A stretch of 64,000 nucleotides of DNA from Eledone cirrhosa (lineage: Eukaryota). Positions 1 to 14,829 of the stretch are shown one piece after another. How positions within the stretch are numbered: the stretch's first letter is position 1; each line of letters opens with the position of its first letter. The stretch is taken from positions 59,644,001 to 59,708,000 of the forward strand of contig OZ024745.1 of NCBI GenBank assembly GCA_964016885.1, in the 5' to 3' direction. The position numbers were made by a program, and so were the translations under genes. The notes beneath the pieces were generated by a model that worked only from the letters and a program-made list of their open reading frames with translations, was not told the origin of the DNA and did not search any database.

Positions 1-479
1 ACCTCGACTTGGAGTGAAAACCTCGACTTGGAGTGAGAACCTCGACTTGGAGTGAAAACCTCGACTTGGAGTGAAAACCTCGACTTGGAGTGAGAACCTC
101 GACTTGGAGTGAAAACCTCGACTTGGAGTGAAAACCTCGACTTGGAGTGAAAACCTCGACTTGGAGTGAGAACCTCGCCTTGGAGTGAAAACCTCGACTT
201 GGAGTGAAAACCTCGACTTGGAGTGAAAACCTCGACTTGGAGTGAAAACCTAGACTTGGAGTGAAAACCTCGATTTGGAGTGAAAACCTCGACTTGGAGT
301 GAGAACCTCGACTTGGAGTGAAAACCTCGATTTGGAGTGAAAACCTCGACTTGGAGTGAGAACCTCGACTTGGAGTGAGAACCTCGACTTGGAGTGAGAA
401 CCTCGAGTTGGAGTGAGAACCTCGACTTGGAGTGAGAACCTCGAGTTGGAGTGAGAACCTCGACTTGGAGTGAGAACCT

Positions 480-1390
480 CGACTTGGAGTGAAAACCGCG
501 ACTTGGAGTGAAAACCGCGACTTGGAGTGAGAACCTCGACTTGGAGTGAAAACCTCGACTTGGAGTGAAAACCTCGACTTGGAGTGAGAACCTCGACTTG
601 GAGTGAAAACCTCGACTTGGAGTGAGAACCTCGACTTGGAGTGAAAACCTCGACTTGGAGTGAGAACCTCGCCTTGGAGTGAAAACCTCGACTTTGAGTG
701 AGAACCTCGATTGGAGTGAAAACCTCGACTTGGAGTGAGAACCTCGACTTGGAGTGAAAACCTCGACTTGGAGTGAGAACCTCGACTTGGAGTGAAAACC
801 TCGACTTGGAGTGAAAACCTCGGCTTGGAGTGAAAACCTCGACTTGGAGTGAAAACCTCGGCTTGGAGTGAAAACCTCGACTTGGAGTGAAAACCTCGAG
901 TTGGAGTGAAAACCTCGACTTGGAGTGAGAACCTCGACTTGGAGTGAAAACCGCGACTTGGAGTGAAAACCGCGACTTGGAGTGAGAACCTCGACTTGGA
1001 GTGAAAACCTCGACTTGGAGTGAAAACCTCGACTTGGAGTGAGAACCTCGACTTGGAGTGAAAACCTCGACTTGGAGTGAGAACCTCGACTTGGAGTGAA
1101 AACCTCGACTTGGAGTGAGAACCTCGCCTTGGAGTGAAAACCTCGACTTTGAGAGAGAACCTCGATTGGAGTGAAAACCTCGACTTGGAGTGAGAACCTC
1201 GACTTGGAGTGAAAACCTCGACTTGGAGTGAGAACCTCGACTTGGAGTGAAAACCTCGACTTGGAGTGAAAACCTCGGCTTGGAGTGAAAACCTCGACTT
1301 GGAGTGAAAACCTCGGCTTGGAGTGAAAACCTCGACTTGGAGTGAAAACCTCGACTTGGAGTGAAAACCTCGACTTGGAGTGAGAACCTC
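480..1390 (+). repeat. 455-bp (24-monomer) local tandem duplication within the satellite
   Basis: The CCGCG pair (496 and 951) and the 18-bp monomer (709 and 1164) recur at offset 455 = 24x19-1, each followed by a GGCTT pair. Boundaries approximate. Confidence 0.8.
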
Positions 1391-4300
1391 GAGTTGGAGT
1401 GAGAACCTCGACTTGGAGTGAGAACCTCGACTTGGAGTGAAAACCTCGACATGGAGTGAGAACCTCGACTTGGAGTGAAAACCTCGACATGGAGTGAAAA
1501 CCGCGACTTGGAGTGAGAACCTCGTCTTGGAGTGAAAACCGCGACTTGGAGTGAGAACCTCGTCTTGGAGTGAAAACCTCGACTTGGAGTGAAAACCTCG
1601 ACTTGGAGTGAGAACCTCGACTTGGAGTGAAAACCTCGACTTGGAGTGAGAACCTCGCCTTGGAGTGAAAACCTCGACTTGGAGTGAGAACCTCGATTGG
1701 AGTGAAAACCTCGACTTGGAGTGAGAACCTCGACTTGGAGTGAAAACCTCGACTTGGAGTGAGAACCTCGACTTGGAGTGAAAACCTCGACTTGGAGTGA
1801 AAACCTCGACTTGGAGTGAAAACCTCGACTTGGAGTGAAAACCTCGACTTGGAGTGAAAACCTCGACTTGGAGTGAGAACCTCGACTTGGAGTGAAAACC
1901 TCGACTTGGAGTGAGAACCTCGACTTGGAGTGAGAACCTCGATTTGGAGTGAAAACCTCGACTTGGAGTGAAAACCTCGACTTGGAGTGAGAACCTCGAC
2001 TTGGAGTGAAAACCTCGACTTGGAGTGAGAACCTCGCCTTGGAGTGAAAACCTCGACTTTGAGTGAGAACCTCGATTGGAGTGAAAACCTCGACTTGGAG
2101 TGAAAACCTCGACTTGGAGTGAGAACCTCGACTTGGAGTGAAAACCTCGACGTGGAGTGAAAACCTCGACTTGGAGTGAAAACCTCGACTTGGAGTGAAA
2201 ACCTCGACTTGGAGTGAAAACCTCGACTTGGAGTGAGAACCTCGACTTGGAGTGAGAACCTCGACTTGGAGTGAGAACCTCGACTTGGAGTGAGAACCTC
2301 GACTTGGAGTGAAAACCTCGACTTGGAGTGAGAACCTCGACTTGGAGTGAAAACCTCGACTTGGAGTGAGAACCTCGACTTGGAGTGAAAACCTCGACTT
2401 GGAGTGAAAACCTCGACTTGGAGTGAGAACCTCGACTTGGAGTGAAAACCTCGACTTGGAGTGAGAACCTCGACTTGGAGTGAAAACCGCGACTTGGAGT
2501 GAGAACCTCGACTTGGAGTGAGAACCGCGACTTGGAGTGAGAACCTCGACTTGGAGTGAGAACCTCGACTTGGAGTGAAAACCGCGACTTGGAGTGAGAA
2601 CCTCGACTTGGAGTGAAAACCTCGACTTGGAGTGAGAACCTCGACTTGGAGTGAAAACCTCGACTTGGAGTGAGAACCTCGACTTGGAGTGAAAACCTCG
2701 ACTTGGAGTGAGAACCTCGACTTGGAGTGAAAACCTCGACTTGGAGTGAAAACCTCGACTTGGAGTGAAAACCTCGACTTGGAGTGAGAACCTCGACTTG
2801 GAGTGAAAACCTCGACTTGGAGTGAGAACCTCGACTTGGAGTGAAAACCTCGACTTGGAGTGAGAACCTCGACTTGGAGTGAAAACCTCGACTTGGAGTG
2901 AAAACCTCGACTTGGAGTGAAAACCTCGACTTGGAGTGAAAACCTCGACTTGGAGTGAAAACCTCGCCTTGGAGTGAAAACCTCGACTTGGAGTGAGAAC
3001 CTCGCCTTGGAGTGAAAACCTCGACTTGGAGTGAGAACCTCGATTTGGAGTGAAAACCTCGACTTGGAGTGAAAACCTCGATTTGGAGTGAAAACCTCGA
3101 TTTGGAGTGAAAACCTCGATTTGGAGCGAAAACCTCGACTTGGAGTGAAAACCTCGACTTGGAGTGAGAACCTCGACTTGGAGTGAGAACCTCGAGTTGG
3201 AGTGAGAACCTCGACTTGGAGTGAAAACCTCGACTTGGAGTGAGAACCTCGACTTGGAGTGAAAACCTCGACTTGGAGTGAAAACCTCGACTTGGAGTGA
3301 GAACCTCGACTTGGAGTGAAAACCTCGACTTGGAGTGAAAACCTCGACTTGGAGTGAAAACCTCGACTTGGAGTGAGAACCTCGCCTTGGAGTGAAAACC
3401 TCGACTTGGAGTGAAAACCTCGACTTGGAGTGAAAACCTCGACTTGGAGTGAAAACCTAGACTTGGAGTGAAAACCTCGATTTGGAGTGAAAACCTCGAC
3501 TTGGAGTGAGAACCTCGACTTGGAGTGAAAACCTCGATTTGGAGTGAAAACCTCGACTTGGAGTGAGAACCTCGACTTGGAGTGAAAACCTCGACTTGGA
3601 GTGAGAACCTCGACTTGGAGTGAGAACCTCGAGTTGGAGTGAGAACCTCGACTTGGAGTGAGAACCTCGAGTTGGAGTGAGAACCTCGACTTGGAGTGAG
3701 AACCTCGAGTTGGAGTGAGAACCTCGACTTGGAGTGAAAACCTCGACTTGGAGTGAGAACCTCGACTTGGAGTGAAAACCTCGACTTGGAGTGAGAACCT
3801 CGACTTGGAGTGAAAACCTCGACTTGGAGTGAGAACCTCGACTTGGAGTGAAAACCGCGACTTGGAGTGAGAACCTCGACTTGGAGTGAGAACCTCGACT
3901 TGGAGTGAAAACCTCGACTTGGAGTGAAAACCTCGACTTGGAGTGAGAACCTCGACTTGGAGTGAAAACCTCGACTTGGAGTGAAAACCTCGACTTGGAG
4001 TGAAAACCTCGACTTGGAGTGAAAACCTCGACTTGGAGTGAAAACCTCGACTTGGAGTGAAAACCTCGACTTGGAGTGAGAACCTCGACTTGGAGTGAAA
4101 ACCTCGACTTGGAGTGAGAACCTCGACTTGGAGTGAAAACCTCGACTTGGAGTGAGAACCTCGACTTGGAGTGAAAACCTCGACTTGGAGTGAAAACCTC
4201 GACTTGGAGTGAAAACCTCGACTTGGAGTGAAAACCTCGACTTGGAGTGAGAACCTCGCCTTGGAGTGAAAACCTCGACTTGGAGTGAGAACCTCGCCTT

Positions 4301-7300
4301 GGAGTGAAAACCTAGACTTGGAGTGAAAACCTCGATTTGGAGTGAAAACCTCGACTTGGAGTGAAAACCTCGATTTGGAGTGAAAACCTCGACTTGGAGT
4401 GAAAACCTCGATTTGGAGTGAAAACCTCGATTTGGAGTGAAAACCTCGACTTGGAGTGAGAACCTCGACTTGGAGTGAGAACCTCGAGTTGGAGTGAGAA
4501 CCTCGACTTGGAGTGAAAACCTCGACTTGGAGTGAGAACCTCGACTTGGAGTGAAAACCTCGACTTGGAGTGAAAACCTCGACTTGGAGTGAGAACCTCG
4601 ACTTGGAGTGAAAACCTCGACTTGGAGTGAAAACCTCGACTTGGAGTGAAAACCTCGACTTGGAGTGAAAACCTAGACTTGGAGTGAAAACCTCGATTTG
4701 GAGTGAAAACCTCGACTTGGAGTGAGAACCTCGACTTGGAGTGAAAACCTCGATTTGGAGTGAAAACCTCGACTTGGAGTGAGAACCTCGACTTGGAGTG
4801 AGAACCTCGACTTGGAGTGAGAACCTCGAGTTGGAGTGAGAACCTCGACTTGGAGTGAGAACCTCGAGTTGGAGTGAGAACCTCGACTTGGAGTGAGAAC
4901 CTCGAGTTGGAGTGAGAACCTCGACTTGGAGTGAAAACCTCGACTTGGAGTGAGAACCTCGACTTGGAGTGAAAACCTCGACTTGGAGTGAGAACCTCGA
5001 CTTGGAGTGAAAACCGCGACTTGGAGTGAAAACCGCGACTTGGAGTGAGAACCTCGACTTGGAGTGAAAACCTCGACTTGGAGTGAAAACCTCGACTTGG
5101 AGTGAGAACCTCGACTTGGAGTGAAAACCTCGACTTGGAGTGAGAACCTCGACTTGGAGTGAAAACCTCGACTTGGAGTGAGAACCTCGCCTTGGAGTGA
5201 AAACCTCGACTTTGAGTGAGAACCTCGATTGGAGTGAAAACCTCGACTTGGAGTGAGAACCTCGACTTGGAGTGAAAACCTCGACTTGGAGTGAGAACCT
5301 CGACTTGGAGTGAAAACCTCGACTTGGAGTGAAAACCTCGGCTTGGAGTGAAAACCTCGACTTGGAGTGAAAACCTCGGCTTGGAGTGAAAACCTCGACT
5401 TGGAGTGAAAACCTCGACTTGGAGTGAAAACCTCGACTTGGAGTGAGAACCTCGAGTTGGAGTGAAAACCTCGACTTGGAGTGAGAACCTCGAGTTGGAG
5501 TGAGAACCTCGACTTGGAGTGAGAACCTCGACTTGGAGTGAAAACCTGGACATGGAGTGAGAACCTCGACTTGGAGTGAAAACCTCGACATGGAGTGAAA
5601 ACCGCGACTTGGAGTGAGAACCTCGTCTTGGAGTGAAAACCGCGACTTGGAGTGAGAACCTCGTCTTGGAGTGAAAACCTCGACTTGGAGTGAAAACCTC
5701 GACTTGGAGTGAGAACCTCGACTTGGAGTGAAAACCTCGACTTGGAGTGAGAACCTCGCCTTGGAGTGAAAACCTCGACTTGGAGTGAGAACCTCGATTG
5801 GAGTGAAAACCTCGACTTGGAGTGAGAACCTCGACTTGGAGTGAAAACCTCGACTTGGAGTGAGAACCTCGACTTGGAGTGAAAACCTCGACTTGGAGTG
5901 AAAACCTCGACTTGGAGTGAAAACCTCGACTTGGAGTGAAAACCTCGACTTGGAGTGAAAACCTCGACTTGGAGTGAGAACCTCGACTTGGAGTGAAAAC
6001 CTCGACTTGGAGTGAGAACCTCGACTTGGAGTGAGAACCTCGATTTGGAGTGAAAACCTCGACTTGGAGTGAAAACCTCGACTTGGAGTGAGAACCTCGA
6101 CTTGGAGTGAAAACCTCGACTTGGAGTGAGAACCTCGCCTTGGAGTGAAAACCTCGACTTTGAGTGAGAACCTCGATTGGAGTGAAAACCTCGACTTGGA
6201 GTGAAAACCTCGACTTGGAGTGAGAACCTCGACTTGGAGTGAAAACCTCGACGTGGAGTGAAAACCTCGACTTGGAGTGAAAACCTCGACTTGGAGTGAA
6301 AACCTCGACTTGGAGTGAAAACCTCGACTTGGAGTGAGAACCTCGACTTGGAGTGAGAACCTCGACTTGGAGTGAGAACCTCGACTTGGAGTGAGAACCT
6401 CGACTTGGAGTGAAAACCTCGACTTGGAGTGAGAACCTCGACTTGGAGTGAAAACCTCGACTTGGAGTGAGAACCTCGACTTGGAGTGAAAACCTCGACT
6501 TGGAGTGAAAACCTCGACTTGGAGTGAGAACCTCGACTTGGAGTGAAAACCTCGACTTGGAGTGAGAACCTCGACTTGGAGTGAAAACCGCGACTTGGAG
6601 TGAGAACCTCGACTTGGAGTGAGAACCGCGACTTGGAGTGAGAACCTCGACTTGGAGTGAGAACCTCGACTTGGAGTGAAAACCGCGACTTGGAGTGAGA
6701 ACCTCGACTTGGAGTGAAAACCTCGACTTGGAGTGAGAACCTCGACTTGGAGTGAAAACCTCGACTTGGAGTGAGAACCTCGACTTGGAGTGAAAACCTC
6801 GACTTGGAGTGAGAACCTCGACTTGGAGTGAAAACCTCGACTTGGAGTGAAAACCTCGACTTGGAGTGAAAACCTCGACTTGGAGTGAGAACCTCGACTT
6901 GGAGTGAAAACCTCGACTTGGAGTGAGAACCTCGACTTGGAGTGAAAACCTCGACTTGGAGTGAGAACCTCGACTTGGAGTGAAAACCTCGACTTGGAGT
7001 GAAAACCTCGACTTGGAGTGAAAACCTCGACTTGGAGTGAAAACCTCGACTTGGAGTGAAAACCTCGCCTTGGAGTGAAAACCTCGACTTGGAGTGAGAA
7101 CCTCGCCTTGGAGTGAAAACCTCGACTTGGAGTGAGAACCTCGATTTGGAGTGAAAACCTCGACTTGGAGTGAAAACCTCGATTTGGAGTGAAAACCTCG
7201 ATTTGGAGTGAAAACCTCGATTTGGAGTGAAAACCTCGACTTGGAGTGAAAACCTCGACTTGGAGTGAGAACCTCGACTTGGAGTGAGAACCTCGAGTTG

Positions 7301-9200
7301 GAGTGAGAACCTCGACTTGGAGTGAAAACCTCGACTTGGAGTGAGAACCTCGACTTGGAGTGAAAACCTCGACTTGGAGTGAAAACCTCGACTTGGAGTG
7401 AGAACCTCGACTTGGAGTGAAAACCTCGACTTGGAGTGAAAACCTCGACTTGGAGTGAAAACCTCGACTTGGAGTGAGAACCTCGCCTTGGAGTGAAAAC
7501 CTCGACTTGGAGTGAAAACCTCGACTTGGAGTGAAAACCTCGACTTGGAGTGAAAACCTAGACTTGGAGTGAAAACCTCGATTTGGAGTGAAAACCTCGA
7601 CTTGGAGTGAGAACCTCGACTTGGAGTGAAAACCTCGATTTGGAGTGAAAACCTCGACTTGGAGTGAGAACCTCGACTTGGAGTGAAAACCTCGACTTGG
7701 AGTGAGAACCTCGACTTGGAGTGAGAACCTCGAGTTGGAGTGAGAACCTCGACTTGGAGTGAGAACCTCGAGTTGGAGTGAGAACCTCGACTTGGAGTGA
7801 GAACCTCGAGTTGGAGTGAGAACCTCGACTTGGAGTGAAAACCTCGACTTGGAGTGAGAACCTCGACTTGGAGTGAAAACCTCGACTTGGAGTGAGAACC
7901 TCGACTTGGAGTGAAAACCTCGACTTGGAGTGAGAACCTCGACTTGGAGTGAAAACCGCGACTTGGAGTGAGAACCTCGACTTGGAGTGAGAACCTCGAC
8001 TTGGAGTGAAAACCTCGACTTGGAGTGAAAACCTCGACTTGGAGTGAGAACCTCGACTTGGAGTGAAAACCTCGACTTGGAGTGAAAACCTCGACTTGGA
8101 GTGAAAACCTCGACTTGGAGTGAAAACCTCGACTTGGAGTGAAAACCTCGACTTGGAGTGAAAACCTCGACTTGGAGTGAGAACCTCGACTTGGAGTGAA
8201 AACCTCGACTTGGAGTGAGAACCTCGACTTGGAGTGAAAACCTCGACTTGGAGTGAGAACCTCGACTTGGAGTGAAAACCTCGACTTGGAGTGAAAACCT
8301 CGACTTGGAGTGAAAACCTCGACTTGGAGTGAGAACCTCGCCTTGGAGTGAAAACCTCGACTTGGAGTGAGAACCTCGCCTTGGAGTGAAAACCTAGACT
8401 TGGAGTGAAAACCTCGATTTGGAGTGAAAACCTCGACTTGGAGTGAAAACCTCGATTTGGAGTGAAAACCTCGACTTGGAGTGAAAACCTCGATTTGGAG
8501 TGAAAACCTCGATTTGGAGTGAAAACCTCGACTTGGAGTGAGAACCTCGACTTGGAGTGAGAACCTCGAGTTGGAGTGAGAACCTCGACTTGGAGTGAAA
8601 ACCTCGACTTGGAGTGAGAACCTCGACTTGGAGTGAAAACCTCGACTTGGAGTGAAAACCTCGACTTGGAGTGAGAACCTCGACTTGGAGTGAAAACCTC
8701 GACTTGGAGTGAAAACCTCGACTTGGAGTGAAAACCTCGACTTGGAGTGAGAACCTCGCCTTGGAGTGAAAACCTCGACTTGGAGTGAAAACCTCGACTT
8801 GGAGTGAAAACCTCGACTTGGAGTGAAAACCTAGACTTGGAGTGAAAACCTCGATTTGGAGTGAAAACCTCGACTTGGAGTGAGAACCTCGACTTGGAGT
8901 GAAAACCTCGATTTGGAGTGAGAACCTCGACTTGGAGTGAGAACCTCGACTTGGAGTGAGAACCTCGACTTGGAGTGAGAACCTCGAGTTGGAGTGAGAA
9001 CCTCGACTTGGAGTGAGAACCTCGAGTTGGAGTGAGAACCTCGACTTGGAGTGAGAACCTCGAGTTGGAGTGAGAACCTCGACTTGGAGTGAGAACCTCG
9101 AGTTGGAGTGAGAACCTCGACTTGGAGTGAAAACCTCGACTTGGAGTGAGAACCTCGACTTGGAGTGAAAACCTCGACTTGGAGTGAGAACCTCGACTTG
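950..9200 (+). repeat. Two tandem ~4.1-kb HOR copies
   Basis: Markers at offset 4101: CAT 1452/5553, GACGT 2152/6253, CCTAGA 3457/7558. The offset shifts by multiples of 19 toward the ends (4063, 4082, 4158). Boundaries approximate. Confidence 0.85.
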
Positions 9201-12200
9201 GAGTGAAAACCGCGACTTGGAGTGAAAACCGCGACTTGGAGTGAGAACCTCGACTTGGAGTGAAAACCTCGACTTGGAGTGAAAACCTCGACTTGGAGTG
9301 AGAACCTCGACTTGGAGTGAAAACCTCGACTTGGAGTGAGAACCTCGACTTGGAGTGAAAACCTCGACTTGGAGTGAGAACCTCGCCTTGGAGTGAAAAC
9401 CTCGACTTTGAGTGAGAACCTCGATTGGAGTGAAAACCTCGACTTGGAGTGAGAACCTCGACTTGGAGTGAAAACCTCGACTTGGAGTGAGAACCTCGAC
9501 TTGGAGTGAAAACCTCGACTTGGAGTGAAAACCTCGGCTTGGAGTGAAAACCTCGACTTGGAGTGAAAACCTCGGCTTGGAGTGAAAACCTCGACTTGGA
9601 GTGAAAACCTCGACTTGGAGTGAGAACCTCGAGTTGGAGTGAGAACCTCGAGTTGGAGTGAGAACCTCGACTTGGAGTGAAAACCTCGACATGGAGTGAG
9701 AACCTCGACTTGGAGTGAAAACCTCGACATGGAGTGAAAACCGCGACTTGGAGTGAGAACCTCGTCTTGGAGTGAAAACCGCGACTTGGAGTGAGAACCT
9801 CGTCTTGGAGTGAAAACCTCGACTTGGAGTGAAAACCTCGACTTGGAGTGAGAACCTCGACTTGGAGTGAAAACCTCGACTTGGAGTGAGAACCTCGCCT
9901 TGGAGTGAAAACCTCGACTTTGAGTGAGAACCTCGATTGGAGTGAAAACCTCGACTTGGAGTGAGAACCTCGACTTGGAGTGAAAACCTCGACTTGGAGT
10001 GAGAACCTCGACTTGGAGTGAAAACCTCGACTTGGAGTGAAAACCTCGACTTGGAGTGAAAACCTCGACTTGGAGTGAAAACCTCGACTTGGAGTGAAAA
10101 CCTCGACTTGGAGTGAGAACCTCGACTTGGAGTGAAAACCTCGACTTGGAGTGAAAACCTCGACTTGGAGTGAGAACCTCGATTTGGAGTGAAAACCTCG
10201 ACTTGGAGTGAAAACCTCGACTTGGAGTGAGAACCTCGACTTGGAGTGAAAACCTCGACTTGGAGTGAGAACCTCGCCTTGGAGTGAAAACCTCGACTTT
10301 CAGTGAGAACCTCGATTGGAGTGAAAACCTCGACTTGGAGTGAAAACCTCGACTTGGAGTGAGAACCTCGACTTGGAGTGAGAACCGCGACTTGGAGTGA
10401 GAACCTCGACTTGGAGTGAGAACCTCGACTTGGAGTGAAAACCTCGACTTGGAGTGAAAACCTCGATTTGGAGTGAAAACCTCGACTTGGAGTGAAAACC
10501 TCGCCTTGGAGTGAAAACCTCGACTTGGAGTGAGAACCTCGCCTTGGAGTGAAAACCTCGACTTGGAGTGAGAACCTCGATTTGGAGTGAAAACCTCGAC
10601 TTGGAGTGAAAACCTCGATTTGGAGTGAAAACCTCGATTTGGAGTGAAAACCTCGATTTGGAGTGAAAACCTCGACTTGGAGTGAAAACCTCGACTTGGA
10701 GTGAGAACCTCGACTTGGAGTGAGAACCTCGAGTTGGAGTGAGAACCTCGACTTGGAGTGAAAACCTCGACTTGGAGTGAGAACCTCGACTTGGAGTGAA
10801 AACCTCGACTTGGAGTGAAAACCTCGACTTGGAGTGAGAACCTCGACTTGGAGTGAAAACCTCGACTTGGAGTGAAAACCTCGACTTGGAGTGAAAACCT
10901 CGACTTGGAGTGAGAACCTCGCCTTGGAGTGAAAACCTCGACTTGGAGTGAAAACCTCGACTTGGAGTGAAAACCTCGACTTGGAGTGAAAACCTAGACT
11001 TGGAGTGAAAACCTCGATTTGGAGTGAAAACCTCGACTTGGAGTGAGAACCTCGACTTGGAGTGAAAACCTCGATTTGGAGTGAAAACCTCGACTTGGAG
11101 TGAGAACCTCGACTTGGAGTGAAAACCTCGACTTGGAGTGAGAACCTCGACTTGGAGTGAGAACCTCGAGTTGGAGTGAGAACCTCGACTTGGAGTGAGA
11201 ACCTCGAGTTGGAGTGAGAACCTCGACTTGGAGTGAGAACCTCGAGTTGGAGTGAGAACCTCGACTTGGAGTGAAAACCTCGACTTGGAGTGAGAACCTC
11301 GACTTGGAGTGAAAACCTCGACTTGGAGTGAGAACCTCGACTTGGAGTGAAAACCTCGACTTGGAGTGAGAACCTCGACTTGGAGTGAAAACCGCGACTT
11401 GGAGTGAGAACCTCGACTTGGAGTGAGAACCTCGACTTGGAGTGAAAACCTCGACTTGGAGTGAAAACCTCGACTTGGAGTGAGAACCTCGACTTGGAGT
11501 GAAAACCTCGACTTGGAGTGAAAACCTCGACTTGGAGTGAAAACCTCGACTTGGAGTGAAAACCTCGACTTGGAGTGAAAACCTCGACTTGGAGTGAAAA
11601 CCTCGACTTGGAGTGAGAACCTCGACTTGGAGTGAAAACCTCGACTTGGAGTGAGAACCTCGACTTGGAGTGAAAACCTCGACTTGGAGTGAGAACCTCG
11701 ACTTGGAGTGAAAACCTCGACTTGGAGTGAAAACCTCGACTTGGAGTGAAAACCTCGACTTGGAGTGAAAACCTCGACTTGGAGTGAGAACCTCGCCTTG
11801 GAGTGAAAACCTCGACTTGGAGTGAGAACCTCGCCTTGGAGTGAAAACCTAGACTTGGAGTGAAAACCTCGATTTGGAGTGAAAACCTCGACTTGGAGTG
11901 AAAACCTCGATTTGGAGTGAAAACCTCGACTTGGAGTGAAAACCTCGATTTGGAGTGAAAACCTCGATTTGGAGTGAAAACCTCGACTTGGAGTGAGAAC
12001 CTCGACTTGGAGTGAGAACCTCGAGTTGGAGTGAGAACCTCGACTTGGAGTGAAAACCTCGACTTGGAGTGAGAACCTCGACTTGGAGTGAAAACCTCGA
12101 CTTGGAGTGAAAACCTCGACTTGGAGTGAGAACCTCGACTTGGAGTGAAAACCTCGACTTGGAGTGAAAACCTCGACTTGGAGTGAAAACCTCGACTTGG

Positions 12201-13930
12201 AGTGAGAACCTCGCCTTGGAGTGAAAACCTCGACTTGGAGTGAAAACCTCGACTTGGAGTGAAAACCTCGACTTGGAGTGAAAACCTAGACTTGGAGTGA
12301 AAACCTCGATTTGGAGTGAAAACCTCGACTTGGAGTGAGAACCTCGACTTGGAGTGAAAACCTCGATTTGGAGTGAGAACCTCGACTTGGAGTGAGAACC
12401 TCGACTTGGAGTGAGAACCTCGACTTGGAGTGAGAACCTCGAGTTGGAGTGAGAACCTCGACTTGGAGTGAGAACCTCGAGTTGGAGTGAGAACCTCGAC
12501 TTGGAGTGAGAACCTCGAGTTGGAGTGAGAACCTCGACTTGGAGTGAGAACCTCGAGTTGGAGTGAGAACCTCGACTTGGAGTGAAAACCTCGACTTGGA
12601 GTGAGAACCTCGACTTGGAGTGAAAACCTCGACTTGGAGTGAGAACCTCGACTTGGAGTGAAAACCGCGACTTGGAGTGAAAACCGCGACTTGGAGTGAG
12701 AACCTCGACTTGGAGTGAAAACCTCGACTTGGAGTGAAAACCTCGACTTGGAGTGAGAACCTCGACTTGGAGTGAAAACCTCGACTTGGAGTGAGAACCT
12801 CGACTTGGAGTGAAAACCTCGACTTGGAGTGAGAACCTCGCCTTGGAGTGAAAACCTCGACTTTGAGTGAGAACCTCGATTGGAGTGAAAACCTCGACTT
12901 GGAGTGAGAACCTCGACTTGGAGTGAAAACCTCGACTTGGAGTGAGAACCTCGACTTGGAGTGAAAACCTCGACTTGGAGTGAAAACCTCGGCTTGGAGT
13001 GAAAACCTCGACTTGGAGTGAAAACCTCGGCTTGGAGTGAAAACCTCGACTTGGAGTGAAAACCTCGACTTGGAGTGAGAACCTCGAGTTGGAGTGAGAA
13101 CCTCGAGTTGGAGTGAGAACCTCGACTTGGAGTGAAAACCTCGACATGGAGTGAGAACCTCGACTTGGAGTGAAAACCTCGACATGGAGTGAAAACCGCG
13201 ACTTGGAGTGAGAACCTCGTCTTGGAGTGAAAACCGCGACTTGGAGTGAGAACCTCGTCTTGGAGTGAAAACCTCGACTTGGAGTGAAAACCTCGACTTG
13301 GAGTGAGAACCTCGACTTGGAGTGAAAACCTCGACTTGGAGTGAGAACCTCGCCTTGGAGTGAAAACCTCGACTTTGAGTGAGAACCTCGATTGGAGTGA
13401 AAACCTCGACTTGGAGTGAGAACCTCGACTTGGAGTGAAAACCTCGACTTGGAGTGAGAACCTCGACTTGGAGTGAAAACCTCGACTTGGAGTGAAAACC
13501 TCGACTTGGAGTGAAAACCTCGACTTGGAGTGAAAACCTCGACTTGGAGTGAAAACCTCGACTTGGAGTGAGAACCTCGACTTGGAGTGAAAACCTCGAC
13601 TTGGAGTGAAAACCTCGACTTGGAGTGAGAACCTCGATTTGGAGTGAAAACCTCGACTTGGAGTGAAAACCTCGACTTGGAGTGAGAACCTCGACTTGGA
13701 GTGAAAACCTCGACTTGGAGTGAGAACCTCGCCTTGGAGTGAAAACCTCGACTTTGAGTGAGAACCTCGATTGGAGTGAAAACCTCGACTTGGAGTGAAA
13801 ACCTCGACTTGGAGTGAGAACCTCGACTTGGAGTGAGAACCGCGACTTGGAGTGAGAACCTCGACTTGGAGTGAGAACCTCGACTTGGAGTGAAAACCTC
13901 GACTTGGAGTGAAAACCTCGATTTGGAGTG
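7050..13930 (+). repeat. ~3.45-kb tandem block duplication
   Basis: ORF-track entries 8394..9692 and 11849..13147 (and 8831..9730 / 12286..13185) match in length and appear identical, at offset 3455. Upstream markers sit at offset 3436, one monomer less. Boundaries approximate. Confidence 0.85.
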
Positions 13931-14829
13931 AAAACCTCGATTTGGAGTGAAAACCTCGACTTGGAGTGAGAACCTCGACTTGGAGTGAGAACCTCGAGTT
14001 GGAGTGAGAACCTCGACTTGGAGTGAAAACCTCGACTTGGAGTGAGAACCTCGACTTGGAGTGAAAACCTCGACTTGGAGTGAAAACCTCGACTTGGAGT
14101 GAGAACCTCGACTTGGAGTGAAAACCTCGACTTGGAGTGAAAACCTCGACTTGGAGTGAAAACCTCGACTTGGAGTGAGAACCTCGCCTTGGAGTGAAAA
14201 CCTCGACTTGGAGTGAAAACCTCGACTTGGAGTGAAAACCTCGACTTGGAGTGAAAACCTAGACTTGGAGTGAAAACCTCGATTTGGAGTGAAAACCTCG
14301 ACTTGGAGTGAGAACCTCGACTTGGAGTGAAAACCTCGATTTGGAGTGAAAACCTCGACTTGGAGTGAGAACCTCGACTTGGAGTGAGAACCTCGACTTG
14401 GAGTGAGAACCTCGAGTTGGAGTGAGAACCTCGACTTGGAGTGAGAACCTCGAGTTGGAGTGAGAACCTCGACTTGGAGTGAGAACCTCGAGTTGGAGTG
14501 AGAACCTCGACTTGGAGTGAAAACCTCGACTTGGAGTGAGAACCTCGACTTGGAGTGAAAACCTCGACTTGGAGTGAGAACCTCGACTTGGAGTGAAAAC
14601 CGCGACTTGGAGTGAAAACCGCGACTTGGAGTGAGAACCTCGACTTGGAGTGAAAACCTCGACTTGGAGTGAAAACCTCGACTTGGAGTGAGAACCTCGA
14701 CTTGGAGTGAAAACCTCGACTTGGAGTGAGAACCTCAACTTGGAGTGAAAACCTCGACTTGGAGTGAGAACCTCGCCTTGGAGTGAAAACCTCGACTTTG
14801 AGTGAGAACCTCGATTGGAGTGAAAACCT

